A DNA stretch of 64,000 bases from Crocinitomicaceae bacterium (GTDB lineage Bacteria > Bacteroidota > Bacteroidia > Flavobacteriales_D > Crocinitomicaceae): NCBI GenBank assembly GCA_024643725.1, contig JAHEMJ010000011.1:69477-133476 (forward strand), in the 5' to 3' direction. Under the pieces are notes generated by a model that saw only the letters and a list, made by a program, of their open reading frames with translations, had not been told where the DNA came from and did not search any database. Below, piece by piece: positions 17,204-28,008 of the stretch (positions are counted from its first letter, which is position 1; every line of letters begins with the position of its first letter). The position numbers and the translations under genes were made by a program.

Positions 17204-19240
17204 ATGAAAAAGTTAATTAGTTTTTTATTTGTACTAACTTTCTTGTACTCATGTAGTGATGTAGAAGGAAATTTAGTGGGTGTGAGTGGTAGAGACACCT
17301 GGTATCCAGACGTTTTAGGACCTGGAAAAATGCCTTTAGGAATGGTTTACGTTCCTTCCGGTGCTTTTCAGTCCGGAGAAGATGATGAAGACATCATGGG
17401 TCTACACACAGCTCGCAAGAAAACGGTTTCGGTACCTGCATTCTACATGGATGCTACGGAAATCTCTAACAATGAATACCGTCAATTTGTACATTGGGTG
17501 CGTGATTCCATTGCTCGAGAAAAATTGTACAGAAGAAGTTTTGATGAAGAAGCAGAACGTTGGGTAAACGTTCCTGATAATTTCTTCAAAGAGCCATACC
17601 GCACCTTAATGAATATGGGTTCTGATATTCAAGGGGGAAATACACCATTCCAATTATTCATGGATTCTACCAACAATGCCAATGCGGATCAAACGTATTT
17701 GACGATGATGGGGAACTATGATAAAGGAAAAGGAAAAGGTAAAAAATTAGTGAATGGATTCCAATATGACCAAAAGAAGTATGGAATTACATCATCTCCA
17801 GATCAAAAAATTGATGTGGTGATGTCTGATGACGACTTAAGAGGAATTTTCCAAATGTACAGTGGTGCAGCGAAGAAAAATGCTCCGGATAAACAAGCAA
17901 AAGGTGGAACAGCGAAAACAACATATAACCAAGGTGGACGTGTAGAAAATCGCAAATATTTCACCTTAAACTGGGCTGAGCCAATTGATTACGAAGATCC
18001 AGAAATCGCATTCTTGTTGTCTGATATGTACTACAGTGCGGAAGAGAGCTTCTACAAAAGAAGAGAAATCGATACTCGTTTGTTATTCTTTGATTACTAT
18101 TGGATTGATTACAAAGAAGCGGCACGCCGTGGAAAAGTTATTACGAAAGCAATCGATGCACGTAAATCATTCGCTTACGACAGTTTGAATGGTGATGCTG
18201 CAAATAGCATTTACAGAAGAGATCGCAGAGAACCTCTTGGAAAGGACTATAAATCAAACGATCAACATAGATCTACGTTGTATACCGTTGACCAAAACAC
18301 AAACAAAGTTTGGGTTGATACAACATTATACGTGGATCAGTGGGCTGAAGGTGTGACGAAAATCAATGATACGAATAACTTGAAAGGGTCTATCTTGGCA
18401 AATCCAGGACAAGATTTGGATTTAGGTTTCACGGATAGTAAAGGTCAGCACAATGCCATTCGTGGGCATACAGATAGAAGTCGTTTTATCATTAAAGAGC
18501 GCATTAACATTTATCCAGATACACTTTGTTGGGTGAGAGACTTTACGTATGCAAACCATACACCGATGGCTCAAAACTACTTCTGGAATACAGCGTATGA
18601 CAATTACCCAGTTGTTGGTGTAACTTGGCCACAGGCAAAAGCATTTTCGGTTTGGAGAACACAAATTTTCCATTCTTGGTTGCAATCAAACGGTGACTTG
18701 TTCGTGAACGATTTCCGTTTACCAACTGAAAGTGAATGGGAGAGAGCGGCACGTGGAGATCTAGACATGGCACAATATCCATGGGGTGGTCCATATATCC
18801 GTAATGCAAGTGGGTGTTTCTTAGCGAACTTTAAACCAATGAGAGGTCGTTACTTTGAAGATGGTGGATTCTATACTGTAAAAGTATATTCATACAATCC
18901 AAATGGCTTCGGTTTATACTGTATGGCTGGAAACGTTGCTGAGTGGTGTTCTACTGCTTACGACCCATCGGCATATGAATTTGAAACGGACATGGCAGCG
19001 GACTATGAGTACGATGCAAAAGACGGTGATCATCCAGCGAAAAAACGCAAAGTTACACGCGGTGGATCATGGAAAGACATCGGCTATTATCTAATGAATA
19101 GTACACGTTCATTTGAATACCAAGATACGGCGAAGTCGTACATTGGATTCAGAAACACAATGACTCACTTGGGTCGTGGTGGTAAAAATATCGAAGCGGA
19201 GAACGGAGAAGAGATCCAAAGCGATATTACAATTAAGTAA
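17204..19240 (+). CDS. gldK: Gliding motility / T9SS lipoprotein GldK (PorK), FGE-sulfatase fold, with a long internal linker
   Basis: Lipobox MKKLISFLFVLTFLYSCS. GldK blocks GMVYVPSGAFQSGEDDED, VSVPAFYMDATEISNNEYRQFVHWVRDS, INIYPDTLCWVRDFTY, YPVVGVTWPQAKAFSVWRT, FRLPTESEWERAARG, GNVAEWC, RGGSWKD, IGFRN. Start set to ATG 17204 (the track used TTG 17174). Confidence 0.9.
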   Translation: MKKLISFLFVLTFLYSCSDVEGNLVGVSGRDTWYPDVLGPGKMPLGMVYVPSGAFQSGEDDEDIMGLHTARKKTVSVPAFYMDATEISNNEYRQFVHWVRDSIAREKLYRRSFDEEAERWVNVPDNFFKEPYRTLMNMGSDIQGGNTPFQLFMDSTNNANADQTYLTMMGNYDKGKGKGKKLVNGFQYDQKKYGITSSPDQKIDVVMSDDDLRGIFQMYSGAAKKNAPDKQAKGGTAKTTYNQGGRVENRKYFTLNWAEPIDYEDPEIAFLLSDMYYSAEESFYKRREIDTRLLFFDYYWIDYKEAARRGKVITKAIDARKSFAYDSLNGDAANSIYRRDRREPLGKDYKSNDQHRSTLYTVDQNTNKVWVDTTLYVDQWAEGVTKINDTNNLKGSILANPGQDLDLGFTDSKGQHNAIRGHTDRSRFIIKERINIYPDTLCWVRDFTYANHTPMAQNYFWNTAYDNYPVVGVTWPQAKAFSVWRTQIFHSWLQSNGDLFVNDFRLPTESEWERAARGDLDMAQYPWGGPYIRNASGCFLANFKPMRGRYFEDGGFYTVKVYSYNPNGFGLYCMAGNVAEWCSTAYDPSAYEFETDMAADYEYDAKDGDHPAKKRKVTRGGSWKDIGYYLMNSTRSFEYQDTAKSYIGFRNTMTHLGRGGKNIEAENGEEIQSDITIK

Positions 19241-19279
19241 TCAATGTTTAATCTATAGTTTAATTTAAAATCAAAAGTT

Positions 19280-20101
19280 ATGAGTGGTAATGGTGGTTTT
19301 TTTGCTTCAAGAAAGTACAAGTTATTTGTTAAATACCTTTCTGGATTTGGAGCATCGGTGGTAATTGTTGGTGCGTTGTTTAAAATCATGCACTGGCCTG
19401 GATGTGACGTGATGTTGATCGCGGGGTTGTTGACAGAGGCGGGGATTTTTGCATTCATTGCACTTGAGCCAATGCACGAAGATCCAGATTGGACGCGTGT
19501 TTTCCCTGAGTTAGCAGTGCAAGAAAATAATGAAGAAAATCGTTTATTGCCTTTGTTGAAAAAAGGTGGATTAGGTGGCGGTGGTGCTGCTGACGGTTTA
19601 GCGAAAGAATTGGATAAAGCTGGAATCGACCAAGCATTATTGACACGTTTGAAAGACGGAATGTCAAACTTGGCTGATAACGCAAAATCTTTAGGCGCAG
19701 TAGCAACAGCTGCTGGAGCAACGGATTCTTACGTAAAAAGTTTAGAAACAGCTTCTGCTGGATTATCTAAATTAACAGACCAATATGCTGCATCTGCGCA
19801 AGCAATTGCTGGCATTGCAGGTGAAGGACAAGGAAACTTTGGTTCTGAAATGCAAAAATTGGGTCAAAATTTGGGTGCATTGAATAACGTATATGAATTA
19901 CAATTGAAATCTTCTCAAGATTACTTGGATTCATTAGGTCAAATGAGTGCACTTCAAGAAAATATTAAAAATATCATGACGGATCTTGCTGCTTCAGCAA
20001 AAGATACGGCTTCTTACCGTGAAAACATGTCTATGTTGTCTCAAAACTTAACGGATTTGAACAACGTATATGGTAACATGTTAAAAGCTATGAGAGCTTA
20101 A
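19280..20101 (+). CDS. gldL: Gliding motility / T9SS inner-membrane protein GldL (PorL)
   Basis: Two N-terminal TM helices with FGASVVIVGALFKIMHWPG and LIAGLLTEAGIFAFIAL, coiled-coil-like C-terminus, position between gldK and gldM. Confidence 0.85.
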   Translation: MSGNGGFFASRKYKLFVKYLSGFGASVVIVGALFKIMHWPGCDVMLIAGLLTEAGIFAFIALEPMHEDPDWTRVFPELAVQENNEENRLLPLLKKGGLGGGGAADGLAKELDKAGIDQALLTRLKDGMSNLADNAKSLGAVATAAGATDSYVKSLETASAGLSKLTDQYAASAQAIAGIAGEGQGNFGSEMQKLGQNLGALNNVYELQLKSSQDYLDSLGQMSALQENIKNIMTDLAASAKDTASYRENMSMLSQNLTDLNNVYGNMLKAMRA

Positions 20102-20154
20102 TTTTAGTAGGTACTAATTTTATTTAATTACAAACAAACTAAAAGCTAGAAATT

Positions 20155-21921
20155 ATGGCAGGTGGTAAGGAAACCCCAAGACAGAAGATGATTGGTATGA
20201 TGTACCTCGTTTTGACTGCTCTTCTTGCATTGAACGTTTCCAAACAAATTTTGGACGCATTCGTTGCAATCGAAGACAACATTCAACGTGGTAGTATCAC
20301 CCAATTAGAGCGTGGTAACGCTGCAAGAAGTGCCTTAATCGAAGAAATGAATTCGACGGCTAAGGATGCATCAGGGAAAGCTAAAATCGAGAAAATCAAG
20401 AAGTACTTAGGTATGATTGAGAAAATTGATGGTGAGGCTGGAAAATTGATCAAATACATCGACGACATTAAATTAGAGATGTTGGAGAAAGCGAAGGAAG
20501 ATGTGAAAACGGTTAAAGATGAAGATGAGAAGGTAATCGTATGGAAAAAATACGACCCTAAATTCCCGCTACAACCAACACGTTTAAACTTAATGGCTGT
20601 TCAAGCGAAGGATCAATTTGACATCCCAATGCACGAAATCGTTGGTTCTGAAATTTCGAAATTAGACCCTACGAAACACGGAATCAAATTATGGAAACAG
20701 TACAATGGTTTCCGTAAGTTTATCGTGGAAACAACGGGTACTTATAAAGAAGGTGAAAAAAATAACTGGAAGGTTAAAGTAACGGATATCAATGATAATT
20801 TGACAAATTTGAAATTGCAGGATAAAATCGTGAAAATGATTACTGCAAAATCAAACAAAGTGAATCCAGATGACCAAGAGGTTCTTTTAGGTTTGTACCA
20901 AGAGTTGACAAAAATTGAATTTGCTGATCACCACGAACAAAAAAACATCCATTGGATGGGTCGTACATTCGATCACGCTCCAATGGTAGGTGCTTTGGCT
21001 TCTTTGTCTTCTTTGCAAAACGAAATCTTGAGTGCGCGTGCGAAAGCGGTGAACTTATTGAAAAGTAAAGTAACTGTAGGAGAATTCTCTTTCAATAAAA
21101 TTCAAGAGTTGGTTAGTGGTCCAGGTGTGGCTACAGAAGGCGAAGAAATTGAGTTGAAAGTTACCATGGCTGCTTATGATTCAGATAACAATCCAGTAGT
21201 AACTGGTCCTGGAAGTGTTGAAGTGAAAGATGGTATTGGTACCATTAAGACAAGAGCTTCAGGTTCTGGTGAAATGAATTTGAGTGGAACAGTGATGATC
21301 CGCAACAAATCAGGAGTTGAGTACCCAAAAAACTGGTCTTGGAAAGTTGCGATCGCGAAACCACAAGGTTCCATTTCATTGCCTGAAATGAGTGTGCTTT
21401 ACAAAGGATGGAATAACAAAGTGGTTCCTGTTGTTGCAGGAATGGTTAGTTCTGACATCACAGTAAATGGTGGTACAAAAACGAAGGCTTCTTGGACAGA
21501 TGCAGATGGAAACAAATACAATGGTTTCTATGTGAATATTACTGGACCGTCTAAATTTGTAACAATTACATTGTCAGGTAAGGATAAAGATGGTAAATCG
21601 AAAAGCTTTGGAACATTTAAATACAAAGTTAAACCTTTCCCAAGTGCACAGTTACAAGGTACATCTATCTCGAAAACAACAGGGTTCAAAGCCGTTGTAA
21701 GTTTAGGTCCAGATAGTCCGTTTACTGGAGTAGGATTTACAGTCATGGGTGGTGAGGTTTCAATCGGTAACGAAACGATTCCTTTCTCTGGTGACCGTGT
21801 TCCTGCAAGTGTTGTTGCGAAAATCAAAGCGGGTAAGAAAATCGCGATTGACGTAACTTACAAAAGAACAGGTACTGCTACTCCATCGATTGCTTCTGGA
21901 GTATTGAAAGTAGTTCCTTAA
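20155..21921 (+). CDS. gldM: Gliding motility / T9SS protein GldM (PorM)
   Basis: N-terminal MAGGKETPRQKMIGMMYLVLTALLALNVSKQILDAF (the typical GldM TM anchor), followed by helical then Ig-like C-terminal domains; operon position. Confidence 0.85.
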   Translation: MAGGKETPRQKMIGMMYLVLTALLALNVSKQILDAFVAIEDNIQRGSITQLERGNAARSALIEEMNSTAKDASGKAKIEKIKKYLGMIEKIDGEAGKLIKYIDDIKLEMLEKAKEDVKTVKDEDEKVIVWKKYDPKFPLQPTRLNLMAVQAKDQFDIPMHEIVGSEISKLDPTKHGIKLWKQYNGFRKFIVETTGTYKEGEKNNWKVKVTDINDNLTNLKLQDKIVKMITAKSNKVNPDDQEVLLGLYQELTKIEFADHHEQKNIHWMGRTFDHAPMVGALASLSSLQNEILSARAKAVNLLKSKVTVGEFSFNKIQELVSGPGVATEGEEIELKVTMAAYDSDNNPVVTGPGSVEVKDGIGTIKTRASGSGEMNLSGTVMIRNKSGVEYPKNWSWKVAIAKPQGSISLPEMSVLYKGWNNKVVPVVAGMVSSDITVNGGTKTKASWTDADGNKYNGFYVNITGPSKFVTITLSGKDKDGKSKSFGTFKYKVKPFPSAQLQGTSISKTTGFKAVVSLGPDSPFTGVGFTVMGGEVSIGNETIPFSGDRVPASVVAKIKAGKKIAIDVTYKRTGTATPSIASGVLKVVP

Positions 21922-21940
21922 TAGTGATTAATTAAAAGAA

Positions 21941-23203
21941 ATGCGTATGAAAAATGTATTGTTGGTTGTCGGATGTATGCTTACGGTAGTAAGTTATAGC
22001 CAAGATCGTCCTCAACGAGGACCCTATAATACATTGCCCGGCGGGGTAAAAGACGGGGTCGTAATTAAGGAAGAGGTTCCTGTAAGACAAGCTGTTCAGC
22101 CAGAATTCGTTCGCGAAGCGGATTATGTATGGTCGAAACGCGTGTTTTCTCGAATCGACTCTCGTGAAAAGATCAATCATGATATCTTTTTACCTTATGA
22201 CTATTTTGACGGAGATTTAGCTTCAGGCTCTTCATACCGTCCGTCTTCACCAAATGACATCGATGATCCAACATGGAACAAAGATCAACGTCGTTGGTCT
22301 CTATGGACAATCATGTTACGTCATATCATGTTGGGTGATTTAACGATGTATCGCGTTTCTAGTGAATTTTATCCAGATGTGGAAGATGGATTCAGTTTCA
22401 AATATCCGATTGCTCATCAAGGTCAAAACGACTATTTTGAGGTGAAAAAATACCGCAACGACATCAATAGTATTGTTACATCGGGTGGTATCGGACCGAA
22501 ATTGCGTATTTATCGTCCAGTTTCTGAGGATACGTTAGATATCGTAAAAACAGGTCAAACCTTGACTGCTTATTTGGATTCACTGCGTTCAGATCCTGAT
22601 TACGAAGATCTTTTTGGTATTGAAATCACAAAATTGCAAGAATGGTGGGATTTCGCTTCTGTGAATTCGCCAGTACGTAAAGACGGAATTACGATGTACA
22701 TTCCATCTAACAATATTGTGGCTTACAATATTAAGGAAGATTGGTTCTTTGATAAAGAGCGTTCTATTTTAGATCGTCGCATCATCGGTATTGCTCCTGT
22801 CGCTCGATACACTTACGAAGAGCCAGCAGAAGGTGAATTACCAACTCGTGGTGAATTGTTAGTGTATGACCAAACAGGAAAACCATTCTTGTTTAGTTCT
22901 ACAGGAAACATCTTCGAAGAATATGAAGGACGTGTAGAAGAACGCGAGATGTTCTGGATCTATTTTGACGAATTACGCAACGTTATTGTGAACTATTATG
23001 TTTACAACGATAAAAATGATGCGCAATGGATGTCAATGGATGATTTATTCTGGAAACGTAAATTTAATTCTACCATCTATAAAGTATCTGATAAATTTGA
23101 TCGTGAGATTCAAGATTACAAATATGGTGTAGATGCGCTTTACGAAGCGGAACGAATTAAAGAAGATATCCGTAAATGGGAACATGACTTATGGCATTTC
23201 TAA
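21941..23203 (+). CDS. gldN: Gliding motility / T9SS periplasmic ring protein GldN (PorN)
   Basis: Signal peptide MRMKNVLLVVGCMLTVVSYSQ. Blocks VWSKRVFSRIDSREKINH, YNIKEDWFFDKERSILDRRIIGIAP and WMSMDDLFWKRKF resemble GldN. Last gene of the operon. Confidence 0.8.
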   Translation: MRMKNVLLVVGCMLTVVSYSQDRPQRGPYNTLPGGVKDGVVIKEEVPVRQAVQPEFVREADYVWSKRVFSRIDSREKINHDIFLPYDYFDGDLASGSSYRPSSPNDIDDPTWNKDQRRWSLWTIMLRHIMLGDLTMYRVSSEFYPDVEDGFSFKYPIAHQGQNDYFEVKKYRNDINSIVTSGGIGPKLRIYRPVSEDTLDIVKTGQTLTAYLDSLRSDPDYEDLFGIEITKLQEWWDFASVNSPVRKDGITMYIPSNNIVAYNIKEDWFFDKERSILDRRIIGIAPVARYTYEEPAEGELPTRGELLVYDQTGKPFLFSSTGNIFEEYEGRVEEREMFWIYFDELRNVIVNYYVYNDKNDAQWMSMDDLFWKRKFNSTIYKVSDKFDREIQDYKYGVDALYEAERIKEDIRKWEHDLWHF

Positions 23204-23219
23204 TTTAACAAGATAACTT

Positions 23220-23248
23220 GAAGCCCCATTGTGAAATGGGGCTTTTTT
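23220..23248 (+). terminator. Rho-independent terminator after gldN
   Basis: AAGCCCCAT (23221-23229) / loop TGTGAA / ATGGGGCTT (23236-23244), then TTTT. Confidence 0.75.
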
Positions 23249-23252
23249 ATTT

Positions 23253-23260
23253 TACTTTTG
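23253..23260 (+). promoter_or_regulatory. Sigma-A -7 box (TAnnTTTG)
   Basis: TACTTTTG immediately after the gldN terminator, only 4 nt before the GTG at 23265. The real start of the next CDS is therefore uncertain, or the mRNA is leaderless. Confidence 0.35.
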
Positions 23261-23264
23261 TAAG

Positions 23265-23822
23265 GTGAAGTGGATAGGAAATAGAATCAGTTTTGTCGAT
23301 CAACGCGCAAAGACAACCATCGTGATCGATCCAGAGAAAAATGGGTGGATAAACGCGATTATGGGTGCCTGGTTGGCGATGTGGTACGTGATTGGAGGCA
23401 CCGTTTTTTGGGCCTTGAATGTCATGCCATTGAAGGAACAAGAAGTCATTATTCTTTGGGTGTTTGTTGTGTTTTGGTGCTATTATGCCTTTCGCGTAAC
23501 AAGGTCATTTTTATGGATCATGTTTGGACAAGAATTCATTAAAATAGATGATAGAGCTTTTCATTTAAAAAAGAGTATTTTATCCTATGGAAAGTCTTAT
23601 CCCTACTACTTTGATAACATGAAGAATTTCCAATACGATATTCCGAAACAAGGATCCATTCAAAATGTGTGGGAATCATCCCCTTGGGTCAATGGTGGAG
23701 AACGATTTTCCTTCGATTATTTTCAAAAGAAAATTTCGTTTGGTCGAAAATTAAGTGAAAAAGAAGCAAAATTACTCTCGCAGTTAATTACAAAAAAAAT
23801 TCAAGAACGTTCAAAAAGTTAA
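23265..23822 (+). CDS. Hypothetical membrane protein (two TM helices)
   Basis: TM segments [24 protein letters not shown] and [16 protein letters not shown], basic C-terminal tail. The stop is 1 nt before the kbl ATG. GTG start uncertain. Confidence 0.45.
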   Translation: MKWIGNRISFVDQRAKTTIVIDPEKNGWINAIMGAWLAMWYVIGGTVFWALNVMPLKEQEVIILWVFVVFWCYYAFRVTRSFLWIMFGQEFIKIDDRAFHLKKSILSYGKSYPYYFDNMKNFQYDIPKQGSIQNVWESSPWVNGGERFSFDYFQKKISFGRKLSEKEAKLLSQLITKKIQERSKS

Positions 23823-23823
23823 T

Positions 23824-25014
23824 ATGTACGGAAAAATCAAACAGTTTTTGTCAGATGAGTTGAAATCCATAGAAGAAAATGGATTAATGAAAAAAGAACG
23901 CATCATTACGAGTCCTCAAGGAGCGAACGTGACTGTTTCTACTGGAGAGGAAGTCGTGATTATGTGTGCAAATAATTATTTGGGATTGTCATCACATCCG
24001 GAAGTGGTTCATGCGGCGAAAAATGCCTTGGATACACATGGATACGGAATGTCTTCGGTACGATTTATTTGTGGAACACAGGACATTCACAAAGAGCTGG
24101 AGGCGAAAATCGCTCAATTTTACGGGACAGAAGACACCATTTTATATGCAGCGGCATTCGATGCGAATGGTGGCGTGTTTGAACCATTATTTACAGAAGA
24201 AGACGCGATTATTTCGGATGAGTTAAATCATGCTTCCATCATTGATGGGGTGCGACTTGCGAAAGCTGCACGTTATCGCTATAAGCATTCCGATATGAAT
24301 GATTTGGAGGAGCAATTGAAGAAAGCACAGAATCAACGATTTAGAGTGATTGTTACGGATGGTGTTTTCTCCATGGATGGAGACATTGCAAAAATGGACC
24401 AGATTTGTGATTTAGCGGATAAATACGATGCGTTGGTGATGACAGATGAATGTCATTCCGCAGGATTTATCGGTAAAACTGGTCGTGGCGTTCCTGAACA
24501 TTGCGGTGTGATGGATCGCGTGGATATTATTACAGGAACGCTAGGAAAAGCTCTTGGTGGTGCCATGGGTGGATATACGACAGGTCGCAAGGAGATCATA
24601 GATATGTTGCGTCAACGTTCACGTCCATATTTGTTTTCTAATTCATTGGCTCCAGCGATTGTTGGTGCATCCATTAAGGTGTTTGATCTGTTAAGTTCAA
24701 CAACGGAGTTACGCGACCGCTTGGAAGAAAACACCTTGTATTTCAAGAAACACATCATCGAAGCTGGATTTGATATCAAACCGGGTGATTCACCAATCGT
24801 TCCGATCATGTTATACGACGCGGCTTTATCACAAAAATTCGCTGACCAATTGTTGCAAGAGGGAGTATATGCGATTGGATTCTTTTATCCAGTAGTTGCG
24901 AAAGGACAAGCACGTATACGCACGCAAATTTCTGCAGCACATACAAAACAGGATTTAGATAAAGCAATTGCAGCCTTTATTAAGGTTGGGAAAAACTTAG
25001 GGGTTATTTCCTAA
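23824..25014 (+). CDS. kbl: Glycine C-acetyltransferase (2-amino-3-ketobutyrate CoA ligase)
   Basis: [43 protein letters not shown], and TLGKALGG (PLP lysine region) are characteristic of Kbl. Confidence 0.9.
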   Translation: MYGKIKQFLSDELKSIEENGLMKKERIITSPQGANVTVSTGEEVVIMCANNYLGLSSHPEVVHAAKNALDTHGYGMSSVRFICGTQDIHKELEAKIAQFYGTEDTILYAAAFDANGGVFEPLFTEEDAIISDELNHASIIDGVRLAKAARYRYKHSDMNDLEEQLKKAQNQRFRVIVTDGVFSMDGDIAKMDQICDLADKYDALVMTDECHSAGFIGKTGRGVPEHCGVMDRVDIITGTLGKALGGAMGGYTTGRKEIIDMLRQRSRPYLFSNSLAPAIVGASIKVFDLLSSTTELRDRLEENTLYFKKHIIEAGFDIKPGDSPIVPIMLYDAALSQKFADQLLQEGVYAIGFFYPVVAKGQARIRTQISAAHTKQDLDKAIAAFIKVGKNLGVIS

Positions 25015-27167
25015 GGATTGATTTTCAGAACATTTACATGGTCCACTTCAAAGAAAACATTGGTTGATTTACCGATGAAAAAACAGTGATACTCGCAAGG
25101 AAATGCTTGTGACTTGAATCGTATGTTTGCATGTATTTTATTCGAATAAATCCCAGGGAAAGCACCTACGCTTCTTGTGTAAAACCAATTCACTCCTTTT
25201 GTTTTTGGATCGACAAATTCAATGTAACATACATTTGAAAGCGGTTTAGTCCAATCAGGGTAGTAATCAAATGAAATTTCATACCATTCATTGGGCGTTA
25301 TTTTACTAGAATCCAAACTTAGAATGGTATTGTAGTTTTCAATCTTTCCACGATACCGTCCATGAACGACTTGTCCATTCCATTTGACTTCATCTGTAAA
25401 ATTTTCTTCTAGAATCGTTGAAGCATGAAGAGATGCGTCCTTGCGAATTTGATCTTTCTTGAGTATCAGCAATTCACCCATGGTATTCGCATGAATTTGA
25501 ACGGCATCCGAAAGCAGTTTCTGTTCATCTTCGCCATATAAGTCAACGGAAGCAGGGTGATAAATTAATAATGGAAACAGACCTGATTTCAAGGCTTGCT
25601 CTGAACGCAAGAAAAAGTGAAAATAGTCCAAGGTTTGTTGTTTTGAAGTGCGTCCTAACATGACTGCATAAATCGGAATTCCGGTATGAACTGAGAGCAA
25701 AAAGGTGTTTCTCAGGGTACTTGGATCTGCTTCCTTCCCATAGATTTCGGATCCAATGTGGAACCAAGGCAGGGGTAAAATTGCCTTAACGCCTGACTTC
25801 ATTTCATCTGCAGAACGAATCAGTTGTTTTTCTGCTGAGCTTAAATTTTTCCAATCGAATATGTTCTTCTCAAAATGTACAGGAACTTTCAATAAAGTCA
25901 TTCCTTCACTTATTTGAAGACACAGTACAAGGAGGATCATCATGAGCGACTTATGTTGAAAGCGATGTTGTCTTTCCAATCCTTGTAACCACTCGTAAAG
26001 TTTGTTCAATAGGAATATCCCAAGGACACCAATGACGTAATAAAAAACCCACGAAAAGCGTCCAAGTGCGCGAAATTGCTTGAGAAATGTCAAGTGATCT
26101 AACCAATGTGGATTTCCATTAAACGGATAACCAAAGGACAGAATAAGTAAAAAGAATGCCGCAAGAAGTGCAGGAATGAATGCCGCGGGAAATTCAATTT
26201 TTTTCGTTGACTTTTTCAAAAGACGCCAAATCAAAAAACCAATACCAAAAGAAATCATGAGTATGGATAAAGAGCCAATGTACGCATATCCCTCCCAACG
26301 AAATTCATCGAAAGTAACGTAGTGAGCAATCCAATCATGAATGGGACCTGAATCTGGAAGGAAGATACTTTTCCAATGCGCTTGATATTCGAAAAACCCA
26401 TATGGAGTAGTTGGACGATCGCCAATTGTATCCGTTAACTTCAGTAAGAGTTGAACGATCAATACTGGAAGCAAAACGGGTACGAATGTGATCAATCGTT
26501 GCTTCCAAAATGCGCCTTTTTTACCTTGTTCGATAACCCAGTCTATTCCATAAAAAATCGTCACCATGAATCCTAAATAGGGATGCATGAAGTACCAAAA
26601 GAGTTGATTAAAAACAAGTAAAGCAATCCATTTTGTTGATGTACGTTGTTCCTTATGTCGAAGGATTAAATACCACGAAAGTGGAAAGAAAATGGAATAA
26701 GCCAAGCTTAAGTGGCTGAATAAACGGGGGAATTGTGGTTGGAGGATAAACAAAGAAAGGGCCCCTAAAACTGAAATCCACTCATGTACATGGAATTTCC
26801 TCAGGATTAAATAAATGAAGAAGGGTGTAAATAAAAGGCTAAGTATTAAGGTAAAATGGATGATGAAAATACCGTGAGGTTTTAAAAATGGCAACAGTTG
26901 AATGAGCCATGCGATTGCAGGAAATCCATCGGTATACAGGTAATGCTCACCATGTGGATAGTTCATTCCTCCAAAGTGCAATAAGGATGAATCAACATTC
27001 AGGTGGTAGACAAAAGAATAATAGCTTTTTAATCCGTCACCGTCCCCTGTCAATAGAAACTCATTGGGATGAAAAAGTAACATGGGAAGTTTCCAAGCTA
27101 AAAAAACAAACGTTAATCCGAGTAGAATTAATTTGTATCGATGCCGTTGAATCAAAGATGAAACCAA
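25011..27167 (-). CDS. Large polytopic membrane protein, possibly a GT-C-fold (YfhO-like) glycosyltransferase with C-terminal beta-rich domain
   Basis: About 11-12 predicted TM helices over the first ~400 aa. An acidic GDGDG loop follows TM1. The ~300 aa soluble C-terminal region ends in a beta-sandwich-like segment. The function call is inference only. Confidence 0.45.
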   Translation of the reverse strand: MVSSLIQRHRYKLILLGLTFVFLAWKLPMLLFHPNEFLLTGDGDGLKSYYSFVYHLNVDSSLLHFGGMNYPHGEHYLYTDGFPAIAWLIQLLPFLKPHGIFIIHFTLILSLLFTPFFIYLILRKFHVHEWISVLGALSLFILQPQFPRLFSHLSLAYSIFFPLSWYLILRHKEQRTSTKWIALLVFNQLFWYFMHPYLGFMVTIFYGIDWVIEQGKKGAFWKQRLITFVPVLLPVLIVQLLLKLTDTIGDRPTTPYGFFEYQAHWKSIFLPDSGPIHDWIAHYVTFDEFRWEGYAYIGSLSILMISFGIGFLIWRLLKKSTKKIEFPAAFIPALLAAFFLLILSFGYPFNGNPHWLDHLTFLKQFRALGRFSWVFYYVIGVLGIFLLNKLYEWLQGLERQHRFQHKSLMMILLVLCLQISEGMTLLKVPVHFEKNIFDWKNLSSAEKQLIRSADEMKSGVKAILPLPWFHIGSEIYGKEADPSTLRNTFLLSVHTGIPIYAVMLGRTSKQQTLDYFHFFLRSEQALKSGLFPLLIYHPASVDLYGEDEQKLLSDAVQIHANTMGELLILKKDQIRKDASLHASTILEENFTDEVKWNGQVVHGRYRGKIENYNTILSLDSSKITPNEWYEISFDYYPDWTKPLSNVCYIEFVDPKTKGVNWFYTRSVGAFPGIYSNKIHANIRFKSQAFPCEYHCFFIGKSTNVFFEVDHVNVLKINP

Positions 27168-27169
27168 GA

Positions 27170-27943
27170 TTACAAGGATTTGATTTCAATGCCACCCAAT
27201 ACAGCGATGCCACGTAAGTGAAGTTTGCGCTTTGGTGAATCCTCAACCGACAGATTCGTTCGTTTGTCGCTAACATCCCCAAGAATCGCGGAAATTTCAT
27301 TAACAATTTCCCAGTTTCCAGGTACAATTAACTCGAGTCCACCCATCACGGATGTCACTTCAATTGTACAATCTTCCTGAAAGTCGGCATTGACTAAATT
27401 TAGTTCTACTCCACCCAGTAAACAAATGATTCTGCCACCTTTAAAATCCTGGGATGTGATGGTTTTTTCAATCCCACCAAGAATGGCATTCATGGAAAGC
27501 ATGTTCGATGTACTTTGATCCTCCGCAAAATCAATTTCTTTTTTAAACTTTTTCCATTGCCAATTTCGAATAATCTTTAGTGGATTTAACAGAAAAATGA
27601 CTCCGGAAATGAGGATAGCAAAAGGCAAAATAAAGTCTTTTAAATGCCAATTCGGATATAATTGATCGATGATGAAAAAGGCTCCTAGGAAAATCCAAAG
27701 GTAAGCGCCAATTTGTTGAGGGCCTTTTTTAACGAATTCATAGGTTCCCATTAAAAGGAAAATACTTGGAAATCCAAAAATCCAATCGGGAAGGGCATAA
27801 TCCAATTCCCTAAGCATCCAAACAGAGCCAATGATTAATAGGAGAATTCCTTTTGCGATTCGTTCGCGTTTTTTACGTTTAACAAAACCCAAATTGTTCC
27901 AAAAGGCATTCAGTTTTCCATTTTCTTCGAAAGGAGTTTTCAT
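27170..27943 (-). CDS. LiaF-like (DUF2154, cell wall-active antibiotic response) membrane protein
   Basis: Four N-terminal TM helices plus a C-terminal repeat-like GGIEKTI...LLGGVELNLVNADF...VMGGLELIVPGNWEIVN...AVLGGIEIKS, as in LiaF C-domains. The stop is 2 nt before the next gene's start. Confidence 0.6.
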   Translation of the reverse strand: MKTPFEENGKLNAFWNNLGFVKRKKRERIAKGILLLIIGSVWMLRELDYALPDWIFGFPSIFLLMGTYEFVKKGPQQIGAYLWIFLGAFFIIDQLYPNWHLKDFILPFAILISGVIFLLNPLKIIRNWQWKKFKKEIDFAEDQSTSNMLSMNAILGGIEKTITSQDFKGGRIICLLGGVELNLVNADFQEDCTIEVTSVMGGLELIVPGNWEIVNEISAILGDVSDKRTNLSVEDSPKRKLHLRGIAVLGGIEIKSL

Positions 27944-28008
27944 GTGTTGTGCAATTCTACTTAAAGGTAAGCAATAACTCTGAAATGAGCATGTTGCTGA
28001 ATTAGGTT

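Noticed and set aside
17690-17760. KGKGKGKK low-complexity run in GldK as a sign of a frameshift or gene fusion
   Set aside because: The reading frame is continuous across the whole gene, and conserved GldK blocks lie in the same frame on both sides. It is treated as a linker feature, not a pseudogene.
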